From Squalus acanthias (Eukaryota): a stretch of DNA of 64,000 nt. The notes under the pieces were generated by a model. It was not told the origin of the DNA and did no database searches. It saw nothing but the letters and a program-made list of their open reading frames with translations. The stretch covers positions 34,040,001-34,104,000 of the forward strand of contig CM059432.1 in assembly GCA_030390025.1 (NCBI GenBank), in the 5' to 3' direction. The stretch's first letter is position 1; the number at the start of each line of letters is the position of its first letter. Shown here one piece after another: positions 38,608-50,765 of this stretch. Position numbers and translations under genes: made by a program.

Positions 38608-39506
38608 GTACCTAAAAACTGGATCGCGCCCAAATCAGGACAGGCTCCGGCTGCAGCACACATTGCACGCACCTAATGAGGCCGGTGACAGGACCACAGA
38701 AAACTGCTGCTCCGGACTCATTTGTTTGCTACCGGCGAGCTGAGGGCGCCAGTTGTGGCTTCAGAGGCAGCTCGCCTATCACCGGGGGGTGGGGAGGAGG
38801 GGCAACAAGATCGGCTGGCTCAGATGCGGCAGAGAAACTAAGGCAAGTCCGGGGGTGGTGGGGAAGGATAGGGGCAAGCAGTGAGGTCGGGAGGAGCACT
38901 TCGGCTCCTCTCAGCTCCACATTCTTTCTTTGAATTCATTCTTAGGATGTGGGCGTCACCGGCAGGTCCGGCATTGATTGCCCATCCCTAATTGCCTTTG
39001 AGAAGGTGGTGGTGAGCTGAACCGCTGCAGTCCTTGTGGTGAAGGTTCTCCCACTGTGCCGTTAGGGAGGGAGTTCCAGGATTTTGACCCAGCAACGATG
39101 AATGAATGGCGATATATGTCTAAGTCAGGATAGTAAGTGAATTTTTCTAAAGCTTACCTGTATGGACTGCTAGTTATATTTAATGTAAAAAATGAGAAGT
39201 CGCACAACACCTTTTAATGTAGACCTGGTATTCCTGAATGCAGCAGACCCGAAGCCTGCTGTGTTCAGTGTAAAGCAATTACCAGTTTGGGTCCTAAGAC
39301 AGGAGTTAGGCCCCTTATTAGCATATTCAAGGGGACCCAAGGCATGTTTTAGGTGGCTGCCAGGAAGGGCTCTACAGCACCTGAACCAATATGGCATCGG
39401 CCGTGTTTCCCTGCTATTCAAGCATGGGAAGTTGGCCCGTAAATTAGACTTTTGCGCCCATTTTCCGCTTGTAAAACGCGCACAGCGTGATCCAATTTCT
39501 AAGCCA
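38608..39506. mobile_element. Degenerate non-autonomous DNA transposon with nested LINE tail (~38930-39135)
   Basis: Imperfect TIRs cctaaaaactggatcgcgc / gcgtgatccaatttctaag; GC-rich interior. Confidence 0.55.
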
Positions 39507-41025
39507 GGGTGTTTTTTCTGTGTACTTCCGGGGTTTCTGCAGCTCTTCAGCTTGTCCACCGTAACTTTGGCGAGAGAACCCCCCCCACCACCCCACCCCT
39601 CCAGATGTTCATCCTCTGTGTGTTCTGTATCACTGTATCTGGTCTCTGTGTTGCTGTCTGTGTGTGTGGCCTGGTGTTGGGTAAAAAGGGGAGGGAGGAG
39701 GTGATATTGAGCTGGAAGAATTCCCACACAAGGAGCAGCAGAAAATTAGACAGGTGACCTACATACTGCACAGGAACTGAGTGGAAAGTGTATGTCTCAG
39801 GGCTATGGCTGTAATGGAAGAACCTACAACATTGGGAACAAACTGCTCGAAGGAATTTAGACCAAAGTGGGAGCTGGAACCATTCCCTTTGCTTTTTTTC
39901 GCCCTGCCTAGCTTAATGCATTTCTACTTTAGAATGGTCTCTTTACAATTCCCACATTAGCATCAAAAAAATCTTAAAAGCCGTATTAGGTTCTCTCTAC
40001 TACAAAGGCAAATGGCTTGGCAACTCTTGGGTTTTATTGAAGTCAGCTGCACATTGCAGAGTCCCGCAGTGCTGTGGAAATCCAGGAGTGGCCATGCATC
40101 CCCATGTTTAAAGATGGAGTTGTGCATTCCGGAAAATCTTCCTGGAAAGCGTTTGGTAGCTTGTTTCTTGTTTGATGTGATGGCACAACTCCGGGACATA
40201 GAGGCCCACTGCAAACGCAGTTGGTGTGCGGCTCACCGCCCTTCCGGGTGATTGTTAACAAGACCCTTTAATTCTTCTGGCAATAAAAAAAGCATGACAC
40301 AGAAATGTCTCCGAAATAAATAAAAAAATTCCTGCTCTGGTGATTGTTCCCTTTAACTGGTCTGAATCCTGGGTCATGACGGTCAAATCAGGCGCAAGCA
40401 GGAAGGGGCTCAGTTTGTAGCACTCGTGCCTCGGAGTCAGAAATTTGTGGGTTCAAGCCCCATTCCAGAGCACACAATCTAGGCCGTCACTTCAGTGCAG
40501 TAGTGAGGGAGTTCAACATTGTCAGAGGCGTTGGACGAGGCATTAGATAGATCTTAAAAATCCCATAACACCATTCAAAGAAGAACAGAGAGTTCTCCCA
40601 TTGTCTCGGCCAATGTTCCCCCCTCTAACAAAGCACAAACAGATTCCCTCATCATTTGTCTGATTGCAGTTTGTGGGATGTTGCTGGTACAGTATAGCTC
40701 ATCGGTTTACCTACATGCCTTTCAAAAGGAACTCATTGCGAGAATTCTTTTTATTGTTAAGCCTTGGGATGTGGGCATCGCTGGCAAGGCTGGCATTTAT
40801 TGCCCATCCCTAGATGCCCTGAGAAGCTGGTGGTGGGCCGCCTTCTTGAACCACTGTAATCTTAGTGGTTTTTGATGCAACTGGGTGGCTTGCTAGGAAT
40901 ACTCTCCACTTGCCTGAATCCATTCATTTATCCTTTTGTTATTTATTTACTTTTTGTATTTTGGGGGTTTGTTTGTGTTTTCATGACATTTCTGGGAGAT
41001 TATCATTCATTTTAAAACACCCTGA

Positions 41026-41280
41026 AATGTTAGGATGGGCATTCCTCTGGGAATTCCTCTTGGCTCGGAGGATGATGAGGAAATTGCAGAGGAATGATCA
41101 GAAGCCGATACAGAACCACCGTTCACCAAGTGTGTGGTTCCACAGACCTCGCCAGAGATACTGCAGCAAGTCCGGGGAGACGTGCCTTCACTTCACTGGG
41201 GAGGTCCTTCTCCAGCTCTAGATCGTGCCCTAGAATTACGTGCCATTTACAAGCAGAAAAGTATCCTCGGGAAGATGTGT
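41026..41280 (+). pseudogene. Possible decayed Harbinger (HARBI1-like) transposase N-terminal fragment
   Basis: FHRPRQRYCSKSGETCLHFTGEVLLQL resembles the N-terminal R.R..Y......C...LRF..E....L pattern of vertebrate Harbinger transposases. Recognition is by eye only. Confidence 0.35.
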
Positions 41281-41459
41281 GGCAAGGAACATAGGAACAG
41301 GAGTAGGCCATTCAGCCCCTCGAGCCTGAAGTCGTTGACGTGCTCAAGTCCTGGAGTTGGGTGTGACTCAGAGGTGAGCGTGCTACCAACTGACCCCAAG
41401 TTGAACCAATGACCCTTCAAAAAAACAACTTAACATTGCCATCACTGGTGACCACTCAC

Positions 41460-41725
41460 CTTGACACCAACGTTGGTATTGTGCAGATCAACGCGTGCTC
41501 GTAAATCTTTGTTGGATTTCTTCTGTCCCATAAACTCTTTGACAAACTTGTTGCTGTACTTGAGGTTGTCCCCGCAGCCTCCCCACTGCCAAGCCTCCCG
41601 GTTTTCCAAGTCAGGAGCTTCGTCGCAGGTACACCGCTCCATCCGGCCAGCACTGCAAGCCTTGGCCAGGGCGTGAGTTAGTCCAGCGGAAGAGATGGCA
41701 TATAGGAAGGCAGTCTCTTTAAAAC
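41460..41725 (-). CDS. wnt9a: Wnt9a coding exon 3 (266 bp)
   Basis: (G)[64 protein letters not shown]...[16 protein letters not shown]. Acceptor ctcag|GT and donor AAG|gtgagt; the phase-1 junction with exon 2 rebuilds the Gly codon. Confidence 0.98.
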
Positions 41726-42039
41726 CTGAGGGGGAAAAAAATTAGAGAGTTTTTTTTTTGTTGAGGAAGCAAAATGGCCTAAAGTGCAGGACTGAAGGAT
41801 TAAAACATGAGTATAGAAGACAAAGGAAATCAAAAATTATTGGTTGGTTACCATCAGGTTTGGGGTTTAAAAGCCTGAAGGTTGTAGGTGCAAAGGAAGA
41901 ATGAGGGAAGTGCGAAGAGTTCTGGGAAAGAATAAGCTTGAGTTGGAAATGATGCCATGAGTCTTGATTTCAAAACACTGATGAGGAAGACTATGTAGTA
42001 GGGTGTATCTGGAGCATAGGAGGAACTAGGCCGACATCC

Positions 42040-42360
42040 CAGTACACTACTGAACAAGTGGTGCACTGTCAGAGGTGACGTCTTTCGGATGAGATATTAA
42101 ATTGAAGCCCTCTCAGTTTGACGTAAAAGATCCCGTGACACTATTTTGAAGAGGAGCAGGGGAGATCCAGTGTCCTGGCCAACATTTATCCATCAACCAA
42201 CATCACTAAATCAGATTATCTGATTGCTGTTTGTGGATCCTTGCTGGGCACAAATTGGCTGCCACGTATCCTACATTATATCAGTGACTACACTTCAAAA
42301 GTACTTCATTGGCTGTGAAGCACTTTGGAACGTTCTGAGGTCGTGAAAGGTGCTTTCTTT
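42040..42360 (+). mobile_element. Deu-domain SINE (5' truncated)
   Basis: Similar to 26080-26446. Confidence 0.8.
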
Positions 42361-42799
42361 CTTTTAAAAGAGGAAAATTCAGAGAAAGCAGTATCAAATG
42401 CTGAGGCACAGATTAAGCAATATATCTCAATGTAATACTAGCTCCCACGACAAAGAAGGGCGCATAACTTCATTGTAGCTGGGAGCCTGGATGACTATGC
42501 GGGCCGCTACGTTACAGTGGAGTTGCCAAATGATGGATTCCTCCACATGCAAGGTTACAGGTCTCAGCTCCCAGGGAAGGTGCCAAGGAGAACCCAGACA
42601 CAGCCTCTGCCCAAACAGTGAAAAATGCCTGTGGTGGACTCACCGCAGAATGCAGTTGACCATCACCTGGCAGCCGGTTTCACAGTGGGACCAGCAACAC
42701 ATCACTCCTGTTCATGTAGACACTGCTTAAAAGGGAACGATTCACTCCCATCTGGTACTGTACAGCTCGTGTGTGTGTCTCAGTATCAGCTCCTGGGCA

Positions 42800-43128
42800 T
42801 GAACATTATTTCAGTGAGCAAGTGATGAGATAGAATTCTTTCAGAAAACAACATTTTGGGATACAGTATATGAGTAATTTGAGATATGACATGTGGTAGG
42901 TGTAGCATGCGTGTAAGGAACAGGTGACTTTGGATCTATGGTTCCCAAAGTTCACCATTGAGGTTTTCCTCATGTCATGTCTGGGTCTGTTGTGGACCAA
43001 TTGATAGAGATTGATTGCTATGATTAGCCAACAACTCCATTATTGTTATATCATGCGACTACCAGGATGATAGAAAATGAACTCGATGGACCGTGGTCAT
43101 TTTTAATCTGGTAATTCCTATGTTCCTA
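42800..43128 (+). mobile_element. CR1-like LINE 3' UTR fragment
   Basis: Aligns with 49060-49445, 105-307 (rc) and 38390-38512 (rc); ends in ttcctatgttccta. Confidence 0.75.
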
Positions 43129-44412
43129 CAGAACACACCAGGTAAAAGGGAACAATTCCAATCCATCGGTACAGTTTTGTGTATGTCTGTTGCAGCTCCT
43201 GTACAGACAGAGTACACATTGAGTAAAAGGGAATAATTCACTTCCATCTGGCAATGTACAACTTTGGTCTCAGCGGCAGGTCCTGTACAGTACGCAAGGA
43301 AAAACATAATTCTCAAATGATACTGTACAGCCTGTGTGTCTCAGTGCCAGCTCCTGCATTGCATTACGGAAAGAAAGAACTTACATTCACATCCTCAGGA
43401 TCCTGGAGTGGGGCTTGAACCCACAACCTTCTGACTCAAGAGGCAAGAGTGCTCCCACTGAGCCACAGCTGACTCCTCGGAATGCTGCTGTGGCCCTGGG
43501 ATCTAGGGTTGCTTGGTCTGTGGGCTGTGGGCATCTTTTAACGTCTTGGCCTATGCAATTGATTGTGAGACGGACATTTTGGAAGCTTCCCTGGGGACCA
43601 CCGGCTATGCTACACCAGGGTGGGCGTCCAAGATCTGCAGTTGCAATTTTCCTCCTCCCACTGCCCCCCCCCTCACCCGAAATAAGGTCTCCGACAGTGG
43701 CAGGAATCTCACCAACATTCCCACCCTGACAATATTTAAATTAGCCTGACCCTGGGGGGAAAAAAGGAATCAGCCAGGATCAGGAGCCCAACAGTAGAGT
43801 GGGCACAAGCCTACCCCACCAACTATAAAGTGGGATTCAGTCCTTGTGGAAAATCCCGATCATAGGACATAGCAAGGTCATGGAAGAACTGAAAGTGAGG
43901 CTAAGGATTTTAAAGGCTGTGGGGCAGGAAGCCTATGAGGAATGGGGGTGATGGAATCCAGGGTTTGGTGCGAGATGGGAGACGAGTGGCAGACTTTTGA
44001 CAAGTTGAAGACTAATACAGTCTGATCAAAGACACAGGTGATGGCCAGAAACAGCAACAAAGAGACGAGGTCAAAGATCAGATTATGGGACACCTGCAGG
44101 GGTCAGTTAGCACCGTTGATTGTTGTTCGAGTTTGAGAGAGTGATTAAGTTCAACTTTTCTAAATTACGTGTGTCCTGACTCTCGAGACCTGTCCTTCAC
44201 AGGTAGGTCCCCAGAGTGAGGGGGCAGCCATGCCTATATCAGCTGTGCAGCTCAGATTAAGTCCCTCTCAGCGTTGGAGGGGGCTTTGTGCAAGTTTGAA
44301 GGGAGAATTCAATCTGGTTTAAAAAATTACGAATCTATGCATGGGTAGGGGCAAAGCAAACAGCTGCCCTGTAACCATGGTAACTCATTGAGTGGAGGGA
44401 GATATTGATACA

Positions 44413-44800
44413 GGTGGTTAAGTGAATGGCGTAATTGGTTACAGCACTTTCCTTTCACCTCTGGGATCTGGGTTTGAATCCAGCCCGAACTGATGGGTTG
44501 AAAGTCTCCTCTCTCTTTCTTCTTTTTTGCTGGTTTGTAAGTGATCTTGGGCAGTCTCCATCCCAGTTGCTAGTGGGCACGAGTCCACAGCATAAAATTA
44601 TTCATCAATCATTGCAAGAATGCCACTAAGTTGGCAGCCTCGCTGAGTGAGGCCCCAAGAGATGGCTGGTGCAGGAAATTGAAATGTCACAATGGTGCAG
44701 CAAGCATTGCTCCCCTGAGGTTTGAGAAGAGGCACGTTGATGGGGGCAGTGTAGAACCAGCTTGGCTCTGCCTTTAATATAATCCAGTCCTGGGAAAGTG
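44413..44800 (+). mobile_element. LF-SINE-like element
   Basis: Collinear blocks cctttcacctctgg..tgggtttgaatccagccc / cccagttgctagtgggcac.agtccaca / gttggcagcctc..gaggcc / gaggcacgttg..ggggcagtgt..agcttg match the LF-SINE consensus as recalled. Confidence 0.6.
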
Positions 44801-46094
44801 GTGCTCAAAGGGAGACCCGTAACCCCCATCCATTGGTCTCTTCTGTATATGTTGGTTGCTGCAGCTTCCCAAAAATATCATAATATTAAGGGATAACTGA
44901 CTGACGGAACATAGAACAACAGAAAATGGGGAGCCCAATAACGCAGAGTCTCCAAATCGCCCCAGTTTTATATGACAAAACCGATTGTCTTGTCAACAGC
45001 ACCATATCCTTGTAAACAAGCCTTAAAGGAGTGAGTGTTTGATGCAACAGTGTAGAGGGAGCTTTACTCTGTATCTAACCCGTGCTGTACCTGCCTGAGT
45101 CCTCAATTCTCATACTGAATGATATTGGAGCAGGACACTGTCCCATTCCCTAAGTACTGAAATTCCTCATTCACAGGAAGGAAAACCCCCTCCACCCGCA
45201 AACAGAAAAGATGGGATAATAATTACAGTCAGCCATCTTACTGCCTGAACAATTAACGTGCTCCCCACTATTTTACTGGAGGTACTGATCCATTTAAAAT
45301 ACACAGGTTAACGCATCTGCTAAAATGCTGAAGCCAAGTACTTTTCACGAGCCTGTTCAACGAGTGGACAACATCGTGACTATTGGTCAGTTTTATCCTT
45401 AGCTATTGGACAAGCCACAAGTTCTGGTGAGAGATTCTTTTTTTTTTTCTTTGCATATGTTTTATTAAAAGAGAAAGCAAACAGTGTGCAATTTAATTTT
45501 TAATTAGGTGATATTGCATATGTGGGGTTTATCTGAAGTGTACAGCTTGCAGAAGTCATACCGGGATCATAAATCAGCACGCTGCATGCCAGATGTGCTG
45601 TAATAAACTCATAACCTTTTCGCTGGCAAGGCAATTGAAAATGGAAAAAATAATTACAGTCAAATGTACTTGTCCTCTTGGACTAAATGCTATTTTAATT
45701 TCTCATATTAAAAAAAATATATGAAAAGTCAAGTTTAATCGTCGACTCAGTAGACAAAACAGTTGAGGTCTGCTCCTCAGCCTCCTGATTATGGGTTCAA
45801 GTATCAAGGCTGCCTGATGCACTAATCTGCCATTCAATTCATGTCTGAAAGTCTTCGTCTGACTTTTTCCTCCGTCTCATTTCTCTGTATCTGTATCTCT
45901 GTATCTGTCTGTCTTTCTCCTCGTGTCTGTATCACCCTCTGTGTGTGCCTCACTTTCTATCTCGGAGTGGAACGGATCTTGCTGAAAGTTAGCTCAAGTA
46001 TTAAACTGAAACTTCCGGTCATGATGAGCTTTACACTACAATTGTCAACATGGAGAATTTCACCGTCTCAGTCTGCTCTATTCGGATTATGTTT

Positions 46095-46470
46095 ATTTAT
46101 TCCCGGGATGGGGGTGTGTGTCACTGGCAAGGCCGGCATTTATTGGCCTTCACTAGTTGTACTGAGAAGGCGGTTGTGGGGTGCTTTCTTGAACCACCTC
46201 AGTGTAGTGGTTTGATACAACTGAATGGCTTGCTAGGCCACTTCAGAGGACAGTTAAAAGTCAACTACGTTGGTATGGGACTGGAGTCACATATAGACCA
46301 GACCGGGTAAGGACAGCAAGTTTCTTCCCTAAAGGAAATTAGTGAAGCCGTTGGGTTTTTACAACAATCGACAGCTACATGATACCAGCTTTTTATTTCC
46401 AGAATTTTAAAACTAAATTCAAATTCTCAAACTGCCATGGTGGGATTTAAACTATGTTCTCTGGATTACA
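46095..46470 (-). mobile_element. HE1-like tRNA-SINE
   Basis: Similar to 27230-27615. Confidence 0.8.
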
Positions 46471-47260
46471 ACTGCTCTCTCGGTCAGTCCATGTTAAGTA
46501 TCCTTCCATGTTAAGTCTTTCTATCTGCCGCTCTCATTCCCCTCTCAGTCCTTTTCTCTCTCTCCTTTGGGGGTGTCCTTGTTCATTCTCACTTTAGTCT
46601 GTCAGTACTTCCTTTCTGACTCGCTCGGTTTCTCTTTGTTTCTCTCTCTTCAGGGCTGATAATGCAGTTGGATGCGTAGAAAATGCCTCAATGCTTTGGG
46701 CACAGGGATAATCAGGCGTGGAGGCCTGAGGCCTGCTCCACTCTCCATGCGATGTGTGCAGGGAAATGCAGACAGCATATAGTACCCAGCTTACCAACTG
46801 TGCTCATCAAGACCCCACATTTCATGCAAATTCGAGGCCTTCTGCAATGTGACTGGACACCCTGAGCGGTGCTGCAGACAATGAGCCCCAGTTCAGTGGA
46901 GGCCCACGTTATTTGACTCCTGGGTGACCCTCTCCTTGTTAACAGGGTCACCCTTTGTTACTGGCTGTGTTGCCCTGTTATATGGCCAATTTTTGCAATG
47001 GGTCTTTGTGCCCCATGGCATTGAAATGTAAACAAAAGTAAAGGCAGCACCTTACAGGCTGCCGTCAGGCCGTCATTGGCTGACGTTCTGGCCTCAAATC
47101 CCTATGGATATTTGAATGAGCTGATCTCACGTTATCGTGTGAGGTCAGTTCGATTGGGCACTAGCACACTGAATACCTGAGGAGCGGAAATCCTGGTGGC
47201 ATTGTAATGGGTCTACAGTATCACCCCAATGTTCTCTCTCCTCTATCTCGGTTTGTCTCT

Positions 47261-47267
47261 CTATATG

Positions 47268-47299
<32 letters not shown>

Positions 47300-47325
47300 T
47301 GTATGTATGTATATATGTATATATG

Positions 47326-47357
<32 letters not shown>

Positions 47358-47368
47358 TGTGATGTATG

Positions 47369-47419
<51 letters not shown>
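47261..47419. repeat. Compound (TATG)n/(TA)n microsatellite
   Basis: Direct inspection. Confidence 0.95.
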
Positions 47420-47421
<2 letters not shown>

Positions 47422-48090
47422 CCTGGGAGTTAATGTGCATAGGTTCCTGAAGGTGGCAGGACATATTGAGAGAGTGGTTAACAAAGCATATGGGATCTTG
47501 GGCTTCATAAATAGAAGTATTGAGTACAAAAGTAGAGAAGTTATGCTGAACCTTTATAAAGCATTGGTTAGGCCACAACTGGAGGAAGGATGGGAAGGCC
47601 CTTGAGAGGGTGCAGAGGAGATTTACCAGAATGGTTCCAGGGATGAGGGATCTTAGCTACAAGGACAGGTTGGAGAAGCTGGATTTGTTTTCATTACAGC
47701 AAAGGAGGTTGAGGGGTGACTTGATAGAGGTGTACAAGATTATGACGGGTTTAGATAGGCTAGACGGGGAAAGGCTGTTCCCACTGGTTGATGGTACAAG
47801 GACTAGGGGACACAGATTTAAGATTTTGGACAAGAGATACAGGGGGGAACGTGAGGAAAAACTTTTTTATGCAGCGAGTGGTGATGACCTGGAATTCGCT
47901 GCCGACGGAAGTGGTGGAAGCGGAGACACTCAATGTTTTCAAGGGCAGACTGGATAGGCACTTGAGGGAAATAAACTTGCAGGGCTACGGGGATAGAGCG
48001 GGGGAATGGGACTGACTGGATTGCTCTGCAGAGAGCCGGCACGGACTCGATGGGCCAAATGGCCTCCTTCTGTGCCATTATGACTATGAG
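47420..48090 (+). mobile_element. CR1-like LINE 3' fragment
   Basis: [11 protein letters not shown]...[34 protein letters not shown] / [10 protein letters not shown]...LRGDLIEVYKIM / WNSLP, plus tail gggccaaatggcctccttctgtgc. Confidence 0.92.
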
Positions 48091-49039
48091 ATGCACTTCC
48101 AAACTCTAGTTCCAGTGAGGAACACACATTCTTTTATCTCTCTCATGTCTGTGGAACGTTTTCCTTGCAGTCTGTTTTGACTGTCATCATGCCTCTTTCT
48201 CTGCCTCTCCTTTTCTCTCTCTCTCTCTCTTTACACCCTTCTGTCTGTCCTTTTCCCTCTCTTTCTCCCTCTATCTCCGCCTGTCCCTTTCTATCCAGAT
48301 GATCTTTTTTCTGTACGTCCTTTTGCCTCTCTCTCCCTTTCTCTTTCTGCCGGTTGTTTCCCTCTCCCTTCGTCCTTTTCTTTCGCTCCACGTCTGTCCT
48401 TTTCTCTTCCTCAAGATGATCTTTCCTCTCTGTACATCCTTTTCTTTCTCTGTACATGTCGTTTCCACTCTGTTCCTCTGCTCTTCTAAATTTTGAGGTG
48501 TGCATCTCTGGCTAATGACAACTTTTCCTCCTTCTGTCAGCCGATAGCACAGTGCATTAAACAGGCAGCTCCCTACCCCTATACCAGCTCATGTACAGCA
48601 CAACTTACTTGAAATGCTACAAAAACCTTCCCCGGTTCCAGAAATGTGACTCAACAACAACTCCAAGAAAAATATCCATTACTCCACCAGTGTGAGATTT
48701 AATTTCCTACATCATCTACCCCGGAGTTTTTCCTGAGTAAGACTGCCCAATTTTGAGCTGGATTAGAATGCAGCTTGGTGCCACGGACTCATGTCTACTG
48801 TACACTGGATTAAGGTCACTACATTTAGAACCATGAACAGAGATCAGCTCTCCAGCTCGCCCACAACACTGACCAGGACCGAGAGGGAGATTTTGTTTCC
48901 AGGGGCGAGCCGTGTAGTTCAGGTGTTGCCCCTGACGAAAACCTTGCGGAAACGAGTGATGGGTTGCGTCAGTCACATGGGCTGAAGGGGGCGGGGGGGG
49001 AGCCAAGTGGCAAAGAAAGGTTAACATTTTGTATAGAGA

Positions 49040-49445
49040 CCCTTCCAATCTGTGGAAAAAATGTGAGCGAGTGATCAATCTATGGAGCAGGCTCCCTAGG
49101 AAGACGGTCGACGCAGTTAGTATTGTTTCATTCAAATGAAAATTAGATAGGTTTCTTTCAGAAAATAACATTTTGGGATACAGTATATGAGTCATTTCAG
49201 ACATGACATGTGGTAAGTGTAGTGAGCTTGGGAGGAGCAGATGACTTTGGACCTATGATTCCCAAAGCTCTCCACCACTGAGGCTTTCCTCGCCTCATGT
49301 CTGGGTCTGTTGCAGACTAATTGCTGGAGATCGATTGCCATGATTAGTCAACAACTCCATTACTGTTACAACTAATGCAACTACCAGGATGGTAGAAGGG
49401 GAACTAGATGGACCACAGTCTTTTTCGTCTAACAATTTCTATGTT
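49040..49445 (+). mobile_element. CR1-like LINE 3' fragment
   Basis: Same family as 105-307 and 42800-43128. Confidence 0.75.
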
Positions 49446-50163
49446 CACCAGAACCCTGACTTTCTGCCAAAGGCTCTCTATCCAAAACATTTTTTTTCTT
49501 TTTAGCTGCTGACTCAGTGGTGAGAGTGCTACCACTGAGCCAAGGCTGACACCTAAACTACATTAATATATATTAGAACTATACAGCCTGTCATTTTAAT
49601 AAAGGGCATTCAAGCAGTACTATAGGTGCAGGGTAGCCTGACCCCCATTGTGTACTCTTGTTTTTTTTTTAATCTTTAGCAAGAGAAGGTAGGAGGAAAT
49701 ATTCAGAAATCCCAGCCAGCCGGCCTGTGTAAAGACAAAGGGGGAAAACTGAAAGGAGAGTGTAATGGGGAAAGAGATCAGAGAGAAGGCAGTGAATATA
49801 AATGTTAAATAAAAGCAGAAAATGCTGAAAATATATTGTCTTACCCTTATCCTCATTAAATTGCATCTGCCATGCCATTTGAAATGTCTTACCCAAAACG
49901 TGAACCTGCCTTTCTCTTTCAGACTAGCCCACTATATATTTCCCAACATTTTGCCATTTTTATTCTGTGCTGTTCAACCAGAAAGCCAACTGTCCATTCT
50001 CCCATCACACCATCCTTTCTCCCACCCTCCCCCTCAAACACATACCCAATGTATCCTTTCTCCCACCCTCCCCCGCAAACACATACCCAATGTACAGCAA
50101 TTACACAGCAGAAGAGGCACAGGACATAGATAAACTCACAATGCAGAAAGAGCCACAACTGAC

Positions 50164-50423
50164 CTCTCCTCAAAAGGCTCGTCCTGTACCGCCCCTCCAG
50201 GGTGCAGTTCCACCTCTCAAATCTGAACTGGTACTGACACTCGAGGGCGCTCATACTGATCGCTTCCATTAGGGTCTCTGCCACTCCGGGGTCCCGCCGG
50301 CACATCCGCCGCTGTTTCCGCTCCAGCTTCAGACGATCGCAGACCTTGAAGTGGGCCTTCCCGTGAGTCTGTTCTGTTTCTTGGGTCAGAGGCAAAATGG
50401 TGAGTGGTTCATTACCAGTTAAA
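50164..50423 (-). CDS. wnt9a: Wnt9a coding exon 2 (260 bp)
   Basis: Translates to (G)[13 protein letters not shown]...[59 protein letters not shown](G), characteristic of vertebrate WNT9A. Acceptor ttcacag|T at 50423 follows a polypyrimidine tract; donor AGAG|gtcagt at 50164/50163. Confidence 0.97.
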
Positions 50424-50562
50424 CTGTGAAGGAGAGGAGAGAGAGAAAAAAAAACCGTGAGTGTTGAAGCTTTGGAGGAAAGAAAAGTTTTCCTTTGAGA
50501 AAAGAATTTGTGCATATTCTAATCCTCCCCCCACCACACGCAACTTAGAGAGTACTGCAGCT

Positions 50563-50765
50563 CAGGTACAGCACCGGTTAGATGCAGAGTAAAGCTCCCT
50601 CTACACTGTCCCATCAAACACTCTCAGGGCAATACAGCACGGGTTAGATACAGAGTAAAGCTCCCTCTACACTGACCAATCAAACACTTCCAGGGCAGGT
50701 ACAGCACGGGTTAGATACAGAGTAAAGCTCCCTCTACATTGTATCAAACATTCCCAGGGCAGGTA
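50563..50765. repeat. ~3 tandem copies of the ~66-67 bp repeat (agatacagagtaaagctccctctacactgtcccatcaaacactcccagggcaggtacagcacgggtt)
   Basis: Direct periodicity; same unit as 63730-64000. Confidence 0.9.

Noticed and set aside
39170..39727. Overlapping 185-aa and 170-aa ORFs
   Set aside because: Lie in a GC-rich transposon remnant and simple sequence; no recognisable domain.
20951..50423. Assignment as Wnt9b
   Set aside because: Residues such as [40 protein letters not shown] and [21 protein letters not shown] fit WNT9A rather than WNT9B.
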